From: Eledone cirrhosa
Taxonomy: Eukaryota
Assembly (NCBI GenBank): GCA_964016885.1
Contig: OZ024744.1
Coordinates: forward strand, 68,510,001 to 68,574,000
Length of the DNA: 64,000 bases
Direction: 5' to 3'
A program made the translations under genes and the position numbers. Numbering within the stretch: position 1 is the first letter of the stretch; every line of letters starts with the position of its first letter. Shown in pieces: positions 16,039 to 29,539 of the stretch. Below the pieces are notes generated by a model. That model did not search any database. It saw only the letters and a program-made list of their open reading frames with translations, and was not told the origin of the DNA.

Positions 16039-17912
16039 TATGAAAAAGTTTGTCCTCATCAGTGGCCTTCCAACCGTCGTAGGCATTTCGTCGCATTAAA
16101 GGCCATATACCTCAGGTTGGTGCGAACAACGGCTAAAAAAGTCGTTGGGACACGTAAATAAAGGGGACGCTAGGGTAAACAAACAAAATGGTGAAGCAAC
16201 AGAAAGTGAGGAAGAAAGAGACAAGTCCCAGATTTCTATGAATATAAATTCGGTGGAATCGTGAACGAGAGAATAAAGACCATAAAACCTGGTTGAAATG
16301 TGAGCAAGGAAGGAATTTCGCACAGGTCTAACGGGAGGAAGAAGGGGTCTGGTCTGCGAATTCGGTAAACATAAGTTCTGTGAAGTCGCAGACGAGAGAG
16401 AGAGAAAAAAAAAATTCATACCGGCTTGGCCAAGTGCCCGCAAGAAAAGGATTACGGACAGGTCAAACGGGAAGAAAGGGGAGGAGGAGAGGTAGTGACA
16501 GAGAGTGAGTGAGTGAAAGGTGAGGAAGAGGCTAAGGCTAACAGAGAGAGAGAGAGACTGCTAGAAAGGGTAAAGACACAAAGAACGAAACAGACTGGTG
16601 GCAGCGGAGGAAAAAATATATGTGTAAATATGATAATAATGGAGCTGCGGCGCTGCAAATGGGTTACATATGAAAAAGTTTGTCCCCATCAGTGGCCTTC
16701 CAACCGTCGTAGGCATTTCGTCGCATTAAAGGCCATATACCCCAGGTTGGTGCGAGCAACGGCTAAAAAAAGTCGTTGGGACACGTAAATAAAGGGGACG
16801 CTAGGGTAAACAAACAAAATGGTGAAGCAACAGAAAGTGAGGAAGAAAGAGACAAGTCCCAGATTTCTATGAATTTAAATTCGGTGAAATCGTGAACGAG
16901 AGAATAAAGACCATCAAACCTGGTTGAAATGTGAGCAAAGAAGGAATTTCGCACGGGTCTAACGGGAGGAAGAAGGGGTCTGGTCTGCGAATTCGGTAAA
17001 CATAAGTGTAACTTAAATTGGGTGTGGTTGTCTTTTAGACTCCAGATATAAGCTGAAAGTGACGTCATATTCCTTCTTAGAGGGTAACGAAAAGAATGGG
17101 TATGCATGTAAAGATGCTGCTTGAATCTATTGGTGGTTAACCCTATGTAGGCCCTACGGGACGTGGGTATTTCAACCTTACATTTGTAGACAATGTTACT
17201 AGAGAGGCATTTCCCGGATAGGGGGCAATCAACTCGATTCCTACAATTACAGTTAGTACTAACTACAGGGTTGCACGTGTTCCTACGGCTAGGTAGTTTA
17301 GATAAATTTGAAGCTGTGATGTTATGTGCAAGGTTAGGAGTCGTAGAGTAAGAAATTTTAATAGTATTTCTATTGAAAATTTTACTATATTTATGTGTAG
17401 GGGGAAAATGCTTCGTAAAAAGGGAAAGAAAGATCATAGCTAATGGTGTGGCCACCTCTATATTATATGGTGGGTTATACCAACAAATGCGACGGGATCT
17501 ATTTCTTCTAGGTCTATTTTCGTACTCTGTATATGCTACCTTATCGACAAATCCACTCCGAGCAAGAGCTTCATTGTAATAAGTGGAATGGTCGTTGAAA
17601 ATATGCTCGTTAGTAGATAGACGGGAAAGCCTCAAAGAAATGTTTCTTACCAGGTTCTTGGTTATGATGGCAGGATGGTTGGATGCTTACTTATGTAATT
17701 AAGCGTATCATTCGGCTTTCTATACGGGTAATACAACCCATTCGATAAATTTAGGGTAACGTTGAGGTAATTAACGACCGAGAGATTGGCCTCAATCTGT
17801 ATAACGAGGTTGAAGCCTTTAAAAAAGGCTGTGAGTTCTTTTCTGAACCTGTCGCAAGCACAAGGTCCGCACTTAGTCATGGTCAAAATACCATCATCAC
17901 GGGACAAAGCGC
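16039..17912 (-). mobile_element. PLE fragment (RT C-terminus + GIY-YIG) with tandem pLTR-like repeats
   Basis: RDDG..YLNVTLNL..YRKPND..YISKH (17662-17907); RLSRLS..CNCRNRVDCPLSGKCL..IVYKC..YIGLT (16763-17635). Direct repeat 16039-16376 matches 16667-17006. Confidence 0.88.
16052..16120 (-). ncRNA. Rearranged hammerhead-like motif with kink-turn (second copy ~16682-16750 has A9 changed to G)
   Basis: ccaac c TGA ggtaT A tggcctt taatgcgac GAA Atgcc TAC GA c g gttgg aaggcca CTGATGA. It covaries with the copy at 59824-59891. Stem II is unresolved. Confidence 0.55.
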
Positions 17913-17968
17913 TTGTTATATACGTATTTATTTATTTATATACATTTATTTAATTATATATTTATTTG

Positions 17969-18142
<174 letters not shown>

Positions 18143-19026
18143 TTATATGTGCGTGGCTTTGGCAAGTGTTTTGCGTATGCTTGTGTATGTATGTATTTGC
18201 ATGCGTGTATGTATTTATTTAATTTCTGTTACCTCTGTATTTATTTACTTTATTCTTAACTCTGAAGCGGAGATTCATTCGGTTTCCTAGTTAGAATTTA
18301 GTCTACGACTTCAGCTATACCATTTACGCGGTTTTGTATTTGCGTGCAATTGTTCTCCACGGTCCACATATGACGTATTATCTTCGTTTTTTCCGTTCAT
18401 TGCCAGAGAACGTCTCTATGAACCACCTAAGAAAACATTAGTCTATGACTTCTTTTATACCATAAACGTGGTTCTGTCTTTGTGCGTAATTGTTTTTCAC
18501 CTCTCCTATTAATGAGTATTATATTAGTTTTTCACCAATCCAAATAATGAGTATTATATTCGTTTTTTCCCGTTCTTTGCCAGGGAACGTTTCCACGAAC
18601 CAAAGTATCGTCTTCCTGTCTTCCTCCGGTTGCAACGTTTTTTGAAATATCCACTTCTGCGTTTACAGATTGACTTTGTTAGTTTCAGAAGATCCCGTTA
18701 AGGGTTAAAGCACCGATTCTTTGCTTAAACTTTAATCTGTTATTTTAATAAATATTTGCTCTACGGTTCTTATATATTTGATATATATGTATCCTTATCG
18801 AGCCCTCTTTGGATTTTAGTCTTGAAATTTATTATTATTACTATATATATATATATATATTGTTATACTTGGGGAGGGTCATATTGGTGTAATATTGTCA
18901 GAATTAATAACAGAACACACTCACTGTTTGGTTGGTTTTCGCTTCTCGCTGTCTTTTATATCTGCGATCTAACTTACTCTATATATAGTAAAAAAGTGAA
19001 CGAGAACAAAACAGAGAGGCAGTACG

Positions 19027-19103
<77 letters not shown>

Positions 19104-19234
19104 TATATATATATGTGTATGTATATATATATATATATATATAAACATATATGCTTATATGCACTCATACACTCAATAATAATAATAATAACAATAATAA
19201 TAGTAACAACAACAACACCATTAATATTAATAAC

Positions 19235-19480
19235 AATAATATTATTGCTATAATTAGGGGGAGCCATGCTGCGAATAAAAACACACTCACCTGTTGTTTT
19301 TCACTTCAATTCATTATAAATTTCCGGTTTGTTAGTTTAATGACCGGGTGGTTGTTTATATCTTGTCGAAACTCTTTCGACACATATTCTGTGACCTCCT
19401 CAGTGACTGTTTTCTTATTTCGTGACCCTTCTTTGTTCTGCCCTACACTATCTTGTTTTTTTTTATTTCTTTACTGGCTA
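19235..19480 (-). mobile_element. Diverged Naiad-like pLTR remnant with HHR motif (19365-19407)
   Basis: Similar to 21770-22040. Minus strand: gtca CTGAGGA g gtcaca gaata tgtgtc GAAA gagt TT cgac. Confidence 0.65.
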
Positions 19481-19963
19481 CTTGTACCCTTGTACCAAAA
19501 CATGTAAAAAAGATATCAGATAACACTAAAGAATACAACTATAACAATAAAAATTCACCGATAGTGGGAGCTACCTCAAGGGTTTACTAGACTTCTCTAA
19601 TCATCAAGGTTCTCCTTCTCCACTCATCTGAATACTCTCTGGCCTGCACGCACAACATTGAAGTGGGCCCATCGACTGGGGCCATACTCGTTACATTTAC
19701 CCACCTTTTAACAGATGTACTGCGAGATATCATTTTCTTCTCCATTCTCACCTTCTTTTCCAAGTTGCTGAGAGCTTGGTCTAAGAGGAAAGTGTTTGTC
19801 TTCAGTCCTTACACACGCGTCTACCACACAGCCTAGACAAGAACACGTTAACAAACAATGAACTTACTCCTCCGATGTGTACCACATCCCGAAAGACTCT
19901 ACATCAACAATAACAACAAAATAACAACAAAATAACAACAACAAAAACAACAACAATAGTAAT

Positions 19964-20150
19964 AATTGTTTCTACTTTTGGCACAAGGCCAGCAATTAAC
20001 CAGTGTATTACTGGTACTTTATTTTATCGACCCCGTAAGGGTGAAAGGCAAAGTTAACCTCGGCAGGATTTGAACTCAGAATGGCAAGGGCCGTAACTCT
20101 CTGCGTCAAAGCATGGCGTCCGACCCTCTACCAATACTGCCAATCCACCA
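19964..20150 (-). mobile_element. tRNA-derived SINE (8039 family)
   Basis: Reverse-complement match to 8039-8228, with an (AAC/AAT)n tail. Confidence 0.85.
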
Positions 20151-20550
20151 ACAATAGTAATAATAATTTTCTTTATTTAACCACCTAAAATAATTACATC
20201 TCCATCCATAAATACAATTACTTGAAGTTCCAGAAAACGTGCTTGCAAAATGAGGATGTGAATCAGAGACGTTAAATACGATTGTGTGAAATAAGAACAT
20301 TTAATAATTAAAAGACTTAATATAAAACACACATTGGTTAAGGTGTTTAAAAGCCTATGACATGATTCATCATTCATGATTCATGGCTATTAAAGTGGAT
20401 AACAATGTCAGGCATTGCTGAGAATATTTCCAAAGTCAAGTCATAACATTTAGGATGTCCCATTGGAGGACAAAACCATATGCTGGTAATAAATATCTGG
20501 GATATGTAGAGGATAGCTTTAAGAAAATCTGTCCTTATCCGCCCAAACAG

Positions 20551-20667
<117 letters not shown>

Positions 20668-21467
20668 ATTTATATATATCTCGCTCTATATATATGTATG
20701 TATATATATATATGTGTGTGTGTGTATGTGTGTGTGTGTATTTGTATATATGTATGTGTGTATATATATATGTCTGCGTGTGTGTGTGTGTGTGTGTGTG
20801 CGTGTGCGTGTGCCTTCTTGTCTAGATTAAATATATTCGTGAAATTATAAAGACGCGGAATATAAATCCTGTGAAATTTCACTGGGATTTAGGTTTTCTA
20901 TTTTAACAACTTTTAAAGTACATCAACAATCATAGCCATTGCTGTATTTAGAGTAAACAGGTTATCATCAAGGATTGCATTTCAAGGAAGGAACATACTA
21001 ATAATTATGAAGAGAATTTGGATTAAAACTTTAAAAAAAAAAAGATATGCAAAATAGCAGTTAAATGCGGGAGACCCGAAATTAGAGATATTTTTATCAA
21101 ATTTTGATAAATTGAGATTTTACTGTCGCTGAAATATTTGATCCAAATCATTTCATTTGATAAAGCTCGTGTCTTTTTCTCGTACTAAATCAGCCTCTTT
21201 GCAGAAACACGAGAAATATATTCTTGGTATCAGAATGGACTCCTTACGATATTAGTGGGAAACAGTATGAATAAAATTCTGGCTGCATATAATCCAATTA
21301 TAGTAGATAACAGAAGCGACAACGAAAAGCAAAGACAAAATAAGTAGTATCTTACTCGAACCGTAACGGTTTCTAATGCACCACCTGTTGTACAGTTTGT
21401 TTGTGTGAACAATACAACCTAATTGAAGTTCACCCCAGTCATTGTTGTGTTAGAATTGCTTTATTCG

Positions 21468-21580
21468 TGTGGTCGAGTGCTTAGAGAATTAGATTCGCAA
21501 TCATGAGGCTGTGAGTTCGATTCCTGGACCGGGCGATGTGTTATGCCCTTGAGCAAGACACTTTGTTTCACGTTGCTCCT
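21468..21580 (+). mobile_element. tRNA-derived SINE head of a second family
   Basis: A box gtggtcgagtg, B box gagttcgattcc, then cccttgagcaagacactt. Confidence 0.65.
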
Positions 21581-21680
21581 TCTATCTGGAGTTGCGACCG
21601 ATAGATAGTACTAGTAATTGGAAAGACCAACGGAAACATTGTTTCCTTGGTCCGATTTGACGTAAGTCGATCGACTGGCG

Positions 21681-21712
<32 letters not shown>

Positions 21713-21714
<2 letters not shown>

Positions 21715-24700
21715 TTCGTTTCTGAATTTGTTTAGCAAGATTCTTTATCTGAAATCGTGTGTTGAAACCGATATTGTTATACTTAGGGAGGGTCATGTTG
21801 CCAATAAGAAACACACGCACCAGTTGCTTTCACTTCAATTTATTATAATAAATTTATAATAAATTTATAATAAATTTATAAATTTATAAATTTCTGGTTG
21901 GTTGGTTGGTTCCACAACCAGATAGTTGTTTATATATTGTCATAGTTCTTTCGTCACACACTCTGTGACCTCTTCAGTGACTGGGGATTCCTTTCTTTGT
22001 TTCTGTGCCTCTCCTTTGTTCTGTCCTACGCCATTTTGTTTCTGTGTGTGTGTTGTGTGCTCAGTCTGCGCATGCGCCACATCCGGGTGTCTGTGTGTGT
22101 TTATGTTCATTTATTTATTTGTTTATTTACATGTTACTGGTTGGTTGTTTCTTCTATGTGTGTGTGTGTTTTCATTTTGTCCTTAATTGTAAGTTGTGAT
22201 GTTGCTGTTCCACTCATATTTTCTATTTAATTTTGTTTGTAATTCTTTTATGTTTATTGCCTCTGTAATTTGTCTAAACATTGTGTCTTTTCTGTGTGTA
22301 GATTCTATTTTTATTTCTATGTTCTCTAATTTACCCTTGTGTTCTATTTTAGCATGTTGGTAGAGTACAGATGATTCTTTACTATCTTGAAGGTCTCGCC
22401 AGTGTTCATTTATCCGTTCTCCTATGCTACGAGCTGTCTCACCTATGTACACTATATTTTTGTCTCTACATTGTCCTTCAGTACATCTTATGCTATACAC
22501 TACATTTCTAGTTTTGCAGTTAATATGGGGGCTTATTTTACAGGTTATACATTTCTTATCTATACATGAGGGTCTTTGAAAAGGGTATGTCTTGCTAATA
22601 AGTGTTTTTATGGAGGTACCTGGTCTTTCTACTATCTTAATATTGAGTTTATGTTTGTTTAGGGCCCTTCTAAATTTGTAAGCTAATTCCCCTCTAGGGG
22701 TTGTATCGATGAACATTACACTCTGGTATTTATTGCTATCATACCATGAGTTTATTCTATTAGCCTTGTTCCTAGTTCTTTCTATTCTATTCCAAAATTT
22801 GCTCCTATACAAGGGGCAGGTCCCATTTATATCATTATTTACCATTTTTTCCCATTTGGTTCTGGCTCCTCTATACACTCTGATTTTATCTCTCTGATTG
22901 TAGCCAGAGAACTGCATACGGTTGATGAAGTGTTGTATGTGTCTCTCTAGTTCTTCGGGGTTGCACATGCGGGACACGTTTCTCATCACCCGTACCAAAT
23001 CCGCAATCAGTATGTTGATTTTGGTATGGTCCGAAACGGCCGAGTTTCGGTGAATCAGATGTTTGGAAGTCATGGGTTTGGCATAATGGGAATGGAGGAT
23101 TTGTTTTTTGTTGTTAATGGTATCTAACTAGAGCTCTGTGTCTAGTACAGGTAATCGATGGTTGGGGTGTTTACTTGGGTAGTCTATAATAACTCTAATG
23201 CTCTGGTGGATGGAGTTTGCTATTTGCTGGATGCTTTCCATTGTGTTTTTCTCTAGTTCCTGACTGTTCTCTAGTGGGGGTGTCTTAACTACGATATTTA
23301 TAACATCAACGTAGCGGGAGTACATTATCAGGGTTAAGGGTCTTCTAATTGTTCTTTAAGTTTAAGTTTAAGTCTACTGTCCCACCACACCATGAATAAG
23401 TTAGCTATGTCGCCTGCAATGCTAACACCAATGGCTGCTCCTTCCTCTTGGGCATATGTTTTTCCATTAAATTTGAACATATGTTCCTTAAGGGTTAGTT
23501 TTATGCTGGCCCCTACCGCATGTGCAATCATTTTCTTCAGTTCATCGTGGTTTTCGGGTGTCTGTATGGCTCTGGTCCACCCGTTCCATCTATCTGTGTG
23601 AGTTTTCTTGGCCATTGAGGTAATGGTAGGTGGTCTGCCTCTTGCTGGTCTAGTAGGGCACAGGTTGCTAAGGTCATATGTGTCTAGGTAATTATTACTA
23701 TAGGTAAGTTTAAGTAGGAGTCCCAGCTCACTGGTATCAATCCCACGGAACTCAACATTGCTCTCACTGATCATTTCTACGCATTTCTCCACAGCAAAAT
23801 GCACGTCAATAGATGGATACAGGGACACAACATCCATACTACCTATTATGCAGTTTGTTAGGTCCCTAGATCGGTTACCCACGCCGATTCTGCTGAGGAG
23901 GTCCTCCGTGCTGTCACATACATCTGGGGACATTTCAATGATGGGGCGTATGATCAGGGAGAGGAAGTAGGACAGTCTGTAGTTACTAGCAATGTTAGCT
24001 CCACAGACTGGCCGTGTTGGTGGTCCCGCGACAGGGTCACTGCCCGTTTTATGGTCTTTTCGAAGCCCATACAACGCCGGCACGTCATTGTTCCAGGCCT
24101 GGAAGTTGTTGGCAGTTCTTTTGTTGGGCTGCATTATATTCGTCCACATCACCATATGGGCATTGAGGGCTTTTTCTCTATCCTCATGCTCCTGTGGTGT
24201 TACCTCTCTTGTGTTAGTGATGTGGGGTTGCATTGCCTGGATGTAGTTTGGCAGGCTGTCAACCGACATTCTGCCAGACTTGTCTGTTGGAAAGCATGCT
24301 ATCTCTCCATTACGTGAGCGCTGCATGAGCTTACGCAAGCCATTTGCAGATTTTTCTCCCTGTTGCTGGGCCTCCATTCTATTATGCTTCTTGCTATACT
24401 GTTCTATAATATTTCAAAGTTCGGATCTAGCTATACTAAATTGTGCTTTTGTTTGTTCATCGACCTGCGACGGCAATTGCGTGCGTTTGTTAAATGGTAA
24501 AGTCGTGGCGTGGACTCGTCGCAGGTCGAACGATTTATCCGAGGGATTATGAAAGTAGAGTTCCAGGCTGCTGCTTTATGTGTACTAGTGCTATTGTTAT
24601 TGTTAGTTGTGTTGTTTCTATTTCTATTTCTACCAACAGCCTCATGGTTGTTTCTATGTCTCTCATAATTACTCCTGTCTCTTTCCACTGGCTCATTGTT

Positions 24701-26456
24701 GTTATCTACCCTATTTTGTGTGTCTGTGTGTTCGTCTTGGTTATTTTCTTTGTCCTTAGTCTCCCTTCTCCTTTTTATCCTATTACTTTCCCTTATTTCT
24801 GTGATTTCTGTGCTACTGTCATTACTTGTTTTCTGTGTCTGTGTGTTTGTTAAGATTGTGATGGTGGTGAGAGGCATTGAATGCGTGTGTGTTGTTGTTG
24901 TTGATGTGTGCTGTTGTTGATGTGTGTTGTTGTTGTCTCCGTGTGTGTTATTATTGTTGTGTGTGTTGTTATTGTTGTTTGTGTCTGCGTGTCTGTTGTT
25001 GTTGTTTCTGGGTATATTGTTATTGTTGTTGTTGTTGCTGGTGTGTGTGTTGTTGTTATTGTTGTTTGTGTCTGTGTGTCTGTTGTTGTTGTTGGGATGT
25101 GTGTTGTATATGTGCGTGCGTATATTGTTGCTTTTGTTTTTGTTTTTGAGGCTCCAGCGTAGTTTTGTAAATGATTTTTCGATTTCTGACAGACAACTAA
25201 TCATATTTACCTTCTTGAATGTCGCAAATTTCGGGTGTAAACATAACACAGATATCTCATCGTCATCTATTCTTGTGTTGCCGTATATATTTGTGTTGTT
25301 GTTGTTGTTGAACTCATCTGTTAATGAGGTGTCGGCCATATTTATACCGTCAATTATCTCGGGATATCTATTGGTATTCTCTATAGTATCCTGATTTAGC
25401 TTTATCTGCTTAAGCCACTTTAGTTTCTTGTTAAAGTGCTTATCACATTCTTGAGTAATGTACTGCTCTTCAGGATGTATAAGGCTTATAAATATTAGTT
25501 TCTCTCTTGGTGTGGTGATCCTAGCTATTTCTTGTATTAGGTTACGCTTATGTTTTTCTTGATGACTTAATTCTCTATAGATCTTCTTTTTTATGTTTAG
25601 AATTAATGTTCGTTTTAGCCTATCTGCTTGTTTTTTGGTGAGTTGTAATCTTCTTACGTCGGTGTTGATGGTGTTGGTGTAAACTCGGGACGTGGCACAT
25701 TCTTTTATGAAGTGTAGTTGTCGAGATGTTATGGTTTTTCGTAGACAACAGAACATGGTGGTTTTCAGTATCTTGTTAGCCTGGCTAAGGCTTACGATAT
25801 TTCGTTTCTGAATTTGTTTAGCAAGATTCTTTATCTGAAATCGTGTGTTGAAACCGATATTGTTATACTTAGGGAGGGTCATGTTGCCAATAAGAAACAC
25901 ACGCACCAGTTGCTTTCACTTCAATTTATTATAATAAATTTATAATAAATTTATAATAAATTTATAAATTTATAAATTTCTGGTTGGTTGGTTGGTTCCA
26001 CAACCAGATAGTTGTTTATATATTGTCATAGTTCTTTCGTCACACACTCTGTGACCTCTTCAGTGACTGGGGATTCCTTTCTTTGTTTCTGTGCCTCTCC
26101 TTTGTTCTGTCCTACGCCATTTTGTTTCTGTGTGTGTGTTGTGTGCTCAGTCTGCGCATGCGCCACATCCGGGTGTCTGTGTGTGTTTATGTTCATTTAT
26201 TTATTTGTTTATTTACATGTTACTGGTTGGTTGTTTGTTCTATGTGTGTGTGTGTTTTCATTTTGTCCTTAATTGTAAGTTGTGATGTTGCTGTTCCACT
26301 CATATTTTCTATTTAATTTTGGTTGTAATTCTTTTATGTTTATTGCCTCTGTAATTTGTCTAAACATTGCGTCTGTACTCTACCAACATGCTAAAATAGA
26401 ACACACGGGTAAATTTGAGAACATAGAAATAAAAATAGAATCTACACACAGAAAAG
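21713..26456 (-). mobile_element. Naiad-like PLE copy A (two frameshifts and a stop) with direct pLTRs and a 5' inversion
   Basis: Near-identical to 45607-50121. pLTR 21713-22283 repeats at +4086. 26373-26456 is an inverted copy of ~22285-22370. RT motif reads YVDV instead of YVDD. Confidence 0.92.
21939..21981 (-). ncRNA. Minimal HHR motif in Naiad pLTR (also 26025-26067, 45838-45880, 49914-49956)
   Basis: gtca CTGAAGA g gtcaca gagtg tgtgac GAA A gaac T A tgac. There is one extra nucleotide after A9. The architecture is kept in diverged relatives at 19365 and 38791. Confidence 0.7.
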
Positions 26457-26813
26457 ATATTCTTTCGTTGTTTCACTATATATATATCAGAAACTGTAGT
26501 TGTGAATATTCAGCGACGTATACGTGGATATTAGCTTTCCGGGGATAGCAGATATCACTCTGCCTCGAATGAATATTCACATCAATGCTAGATCGATTTC
26601 TAAGATGGTTATAACTCCGACACTGACTACGCAGAAGACTCTTTCTTGTATGGTCCACCTGGTATCTTGCCACACCTTCTCTGTTATATATATCTATATA
26701 TCTATATATCTATATATCTATATATATATATATATATAGGGGTGAATAATTTTATCTGTATATATTATCAATTCATTGAGATGTCTAAATATTAGAGACA
26801 AATAACTTTTTAA

Positions 26814-26860
<47 letters not shown>

Positions 26861-26861
26861 A

Positions 26862-27079
26862 AAGTGAACAACACAAAATATAACTACTCCATTACCAAAG
26901 GTTTCTGGATCACAGACGACAATAATATACGTCTGGATTGTTCGTCAGACAGAGATGTTATAGATATCTTTTATCTATAACATCTCTGTCTGACGACCGA
27001 TCAAGACGTATATTATTGTCGTCTGTGATCCAGAAACCTTTGGTAATGGAGTAGTTATATTTTGTGTTGTTCACTTTCC
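26862..27079. ncRNA. Palindromic element with two divergent HHR motifs (26887-26954 minus, 26984-27051 plus)
   Basis: ctctgt CTGACGA ..gacg/cgtc.. GAAA cc ttt gg TA atggag on both arms of a ~218-bp palindrome. Confidence 0.78.
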
Positions 27080-27156
27080 AATTAAATACTTCTGTTCTAT
27101 ACATAGAGCACTCTTATTTCATTTACTTTTCTTTGGAATTACCTAAAACACACACA

Positions 27157-27193
<37 letters not shown>

Positions 27194-27207
27194 ACATATA
27201 TATACAT

Positions 27208-27587
27208 ATGATCTACCAGTGCAACGTGAGGACGGACACCTCCAACAAAGCTTATATAGGATTAACCGCCTGTGACTTCAAAACCCGGCTCTACCAACAC
27301 CGACATGCTTTCCGAAACCCGGTCCGGCGACATGCCACTACACTTTAGGGCCACATCTGGGACCTCCAAGATAATAATACAACCTACAATCTCACTTGGA
27401 GCTTACTGTCCAGAGTTAACTCTTACACGGGAGGACGTGTAACTTATGCTCGGAAGAAAGATTAAAAATGGTGTTTTTGAAGGACCAACTCCTAAACAAG
27501 AAAGACGAACTGGTAACCGCATGCAAACACAGATTGCGTAGGACTTAGCTCGCCCTCAAGCCCCGGATGGGTAGACAAGGGCTGATA

Positions 27588-27618
<31 letters not shown>

Positions 27619-28452
27619 TGCCGAATAAGTTAGAGGAAACCCCAGCTTACTTAGGTAGATGTATCTCTTTTATTTTCCTCTTTGTCTTCTTCTTCCCCCT
27701 GCCTCATCCTATCACTTCCTTCCACTCCCTATTTTCTTCCTCGTCTTCTTTTCCCCTTTCGCCTACCCCGATGCAGCCCATCGGACCTCTGTAGCATCTG
27801 TTCCCCCACCCCTGTAATTTTAAGATAGAATTGGCCGAATACGTTTTACAAACTACTTATAGCAGACGTGTTAAACCCCTTTAATTTTGTATCAGTTCTG
27901 GTACTACTCAATTTCTACAAGTTTTTTCTATTCTCAACTTATTAATCTGTAATTGTAAGATAGCATTGTGAATTTTTTTATTCATTTCTCACTATATATT
28001 TTTTATTTTTTTCTATTATCTTTTATTGTCTCCTACTCTCATTCGATTTACCTATTCTGTAACCTCCCTCCTCCACTTCATACACTATCCTTAGAATCTG
28101 CTGTATACACATTCAACGCTTGACCGCTCCACTCACTCCCTATTGTTCTACAGGCAAGTTCAGCCACCCCTACCTCCCACCAAATGCCATGATAGACTTA
28201 TTTGTGTTTACAACGAATTTTAACCAATCCTCTTGACAACTACAATCTTCCCATATAAGGATGTACCCCCTTGACAAGTTCGGCTATTTATTCACCAGGC
28301 TAAAAATTCTAATTTAGTCCAGAAATAGCCGTCGAAACGGCTTTAGCTCTGCCGTCGGGGTCATACTTTTTCCTATTTCCCACACTACTACCCTAAGTAT
28401 TGAGTACTCTGGTGCGTTATGGTCCATCTGGTTCCTTACCACAATTCCTTTG

Positions 28453-28484
<32 letters not shown>

Positions 28485-28705
28485 CGAAGCAAGTGTGGTA
28501 AGGAAGCAGGTGAACCATAACAGACCAGAGTACTGGATACTTTGGGCAGTAGAGTGGGTAATAGGAAAAGAGTTAGGACCCCGACGACAGAGCTCAAGCC
28601 GTTTTGACAGCTATTTCTGGACTCTTGAACATAAGGAAATAAGTCCAGAAATAGCTGTCGAAACGGCTTGAGCTCTGCCATCGGGGTCCTGACTCTTTTC
28701 CTATA
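27208..28705 (+). mobile_element. PLE 3' fragment (GIY-YIG) with pLTR and inverted partial pLTR
   Basis: IYQCNVRT..AYIGLTACDFKTRLYQHRHAF..CNLCSEE..ACKHR. pLTR ~28090-28450 with an inverted copy at 28485-28625. Other pLTR pieces at 11095-11490, 30095-30450, 35395-35500 and 35758-35897. Confidence 0.8.
28265..28361 (+). ncRNA. Type I HHR motif with U3-A8 core variant and full stem III
   Basis: cccc TTGACAA gttcggctattt..aaatagccgtc GAAA cggc tttagctct gccg TC gggg. Confidence 0.65.
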
Positions 28706-28801
<96 letters not shown>

Positions 28802-29367
28802 TATATATATATTAATTAAAAAGTTATTTGTCTCTAATATTTAGACATCTTAATGAATCGATAAAATATACAGATAAAGTTTCACTCAGAGTTGTAATTT
28901 AACTTACGCCCAAATTTCAATTTAGGAAAGTAATTGTTACTTTTTTGCTGCTATTTCTACCGTCATTATAAGCCTGTCGTTTTGTCCTAATATATATATA
29001 TAGAGATCTAAATAATTTTGAAAACCATACAATGCACTAGAAAATTAAAATTGCTCAGATTTGTTTATTTAGTAGTTAAGCAATGCAACGTGTTGAACAC
29101 CATTTGGTTTCGACAACGAAATGGTTTGTATACTTTATAATCAATATTTCCTCTTGTTCTAAAGAATTTCTCCCCTGACGATAGAATAAGTTCTTCCAAC
29201 ATTGGTTATTCCAATAATTTGAAAGGGTTGGCATTGTTTCTTTTATTCTTGAAACCATAGTTAAATATGATTTAGACTAACTTATTTTACTCAGTCTCAC
29301 CTATACTCCCCTAAATTGAGATTTCAGAATAAGTTTAATATGTTTTACACACACACGCACACACACA

Positions 29368-29472
<105 letters not shown>

Positions 29473-29539
29473 TTATATATATATATATGTCTGTGTCATT
29501 CAGTTTGTTTATGCGATAAACAATAGTTTATTGTGTATT

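Noticed and set aside
24494-25394. Plus-strand Cys/Val/Leu-rich ORFs (also 48410-49283)
   Set aside because: Antisense shadows of the low-complexity PLE linker.
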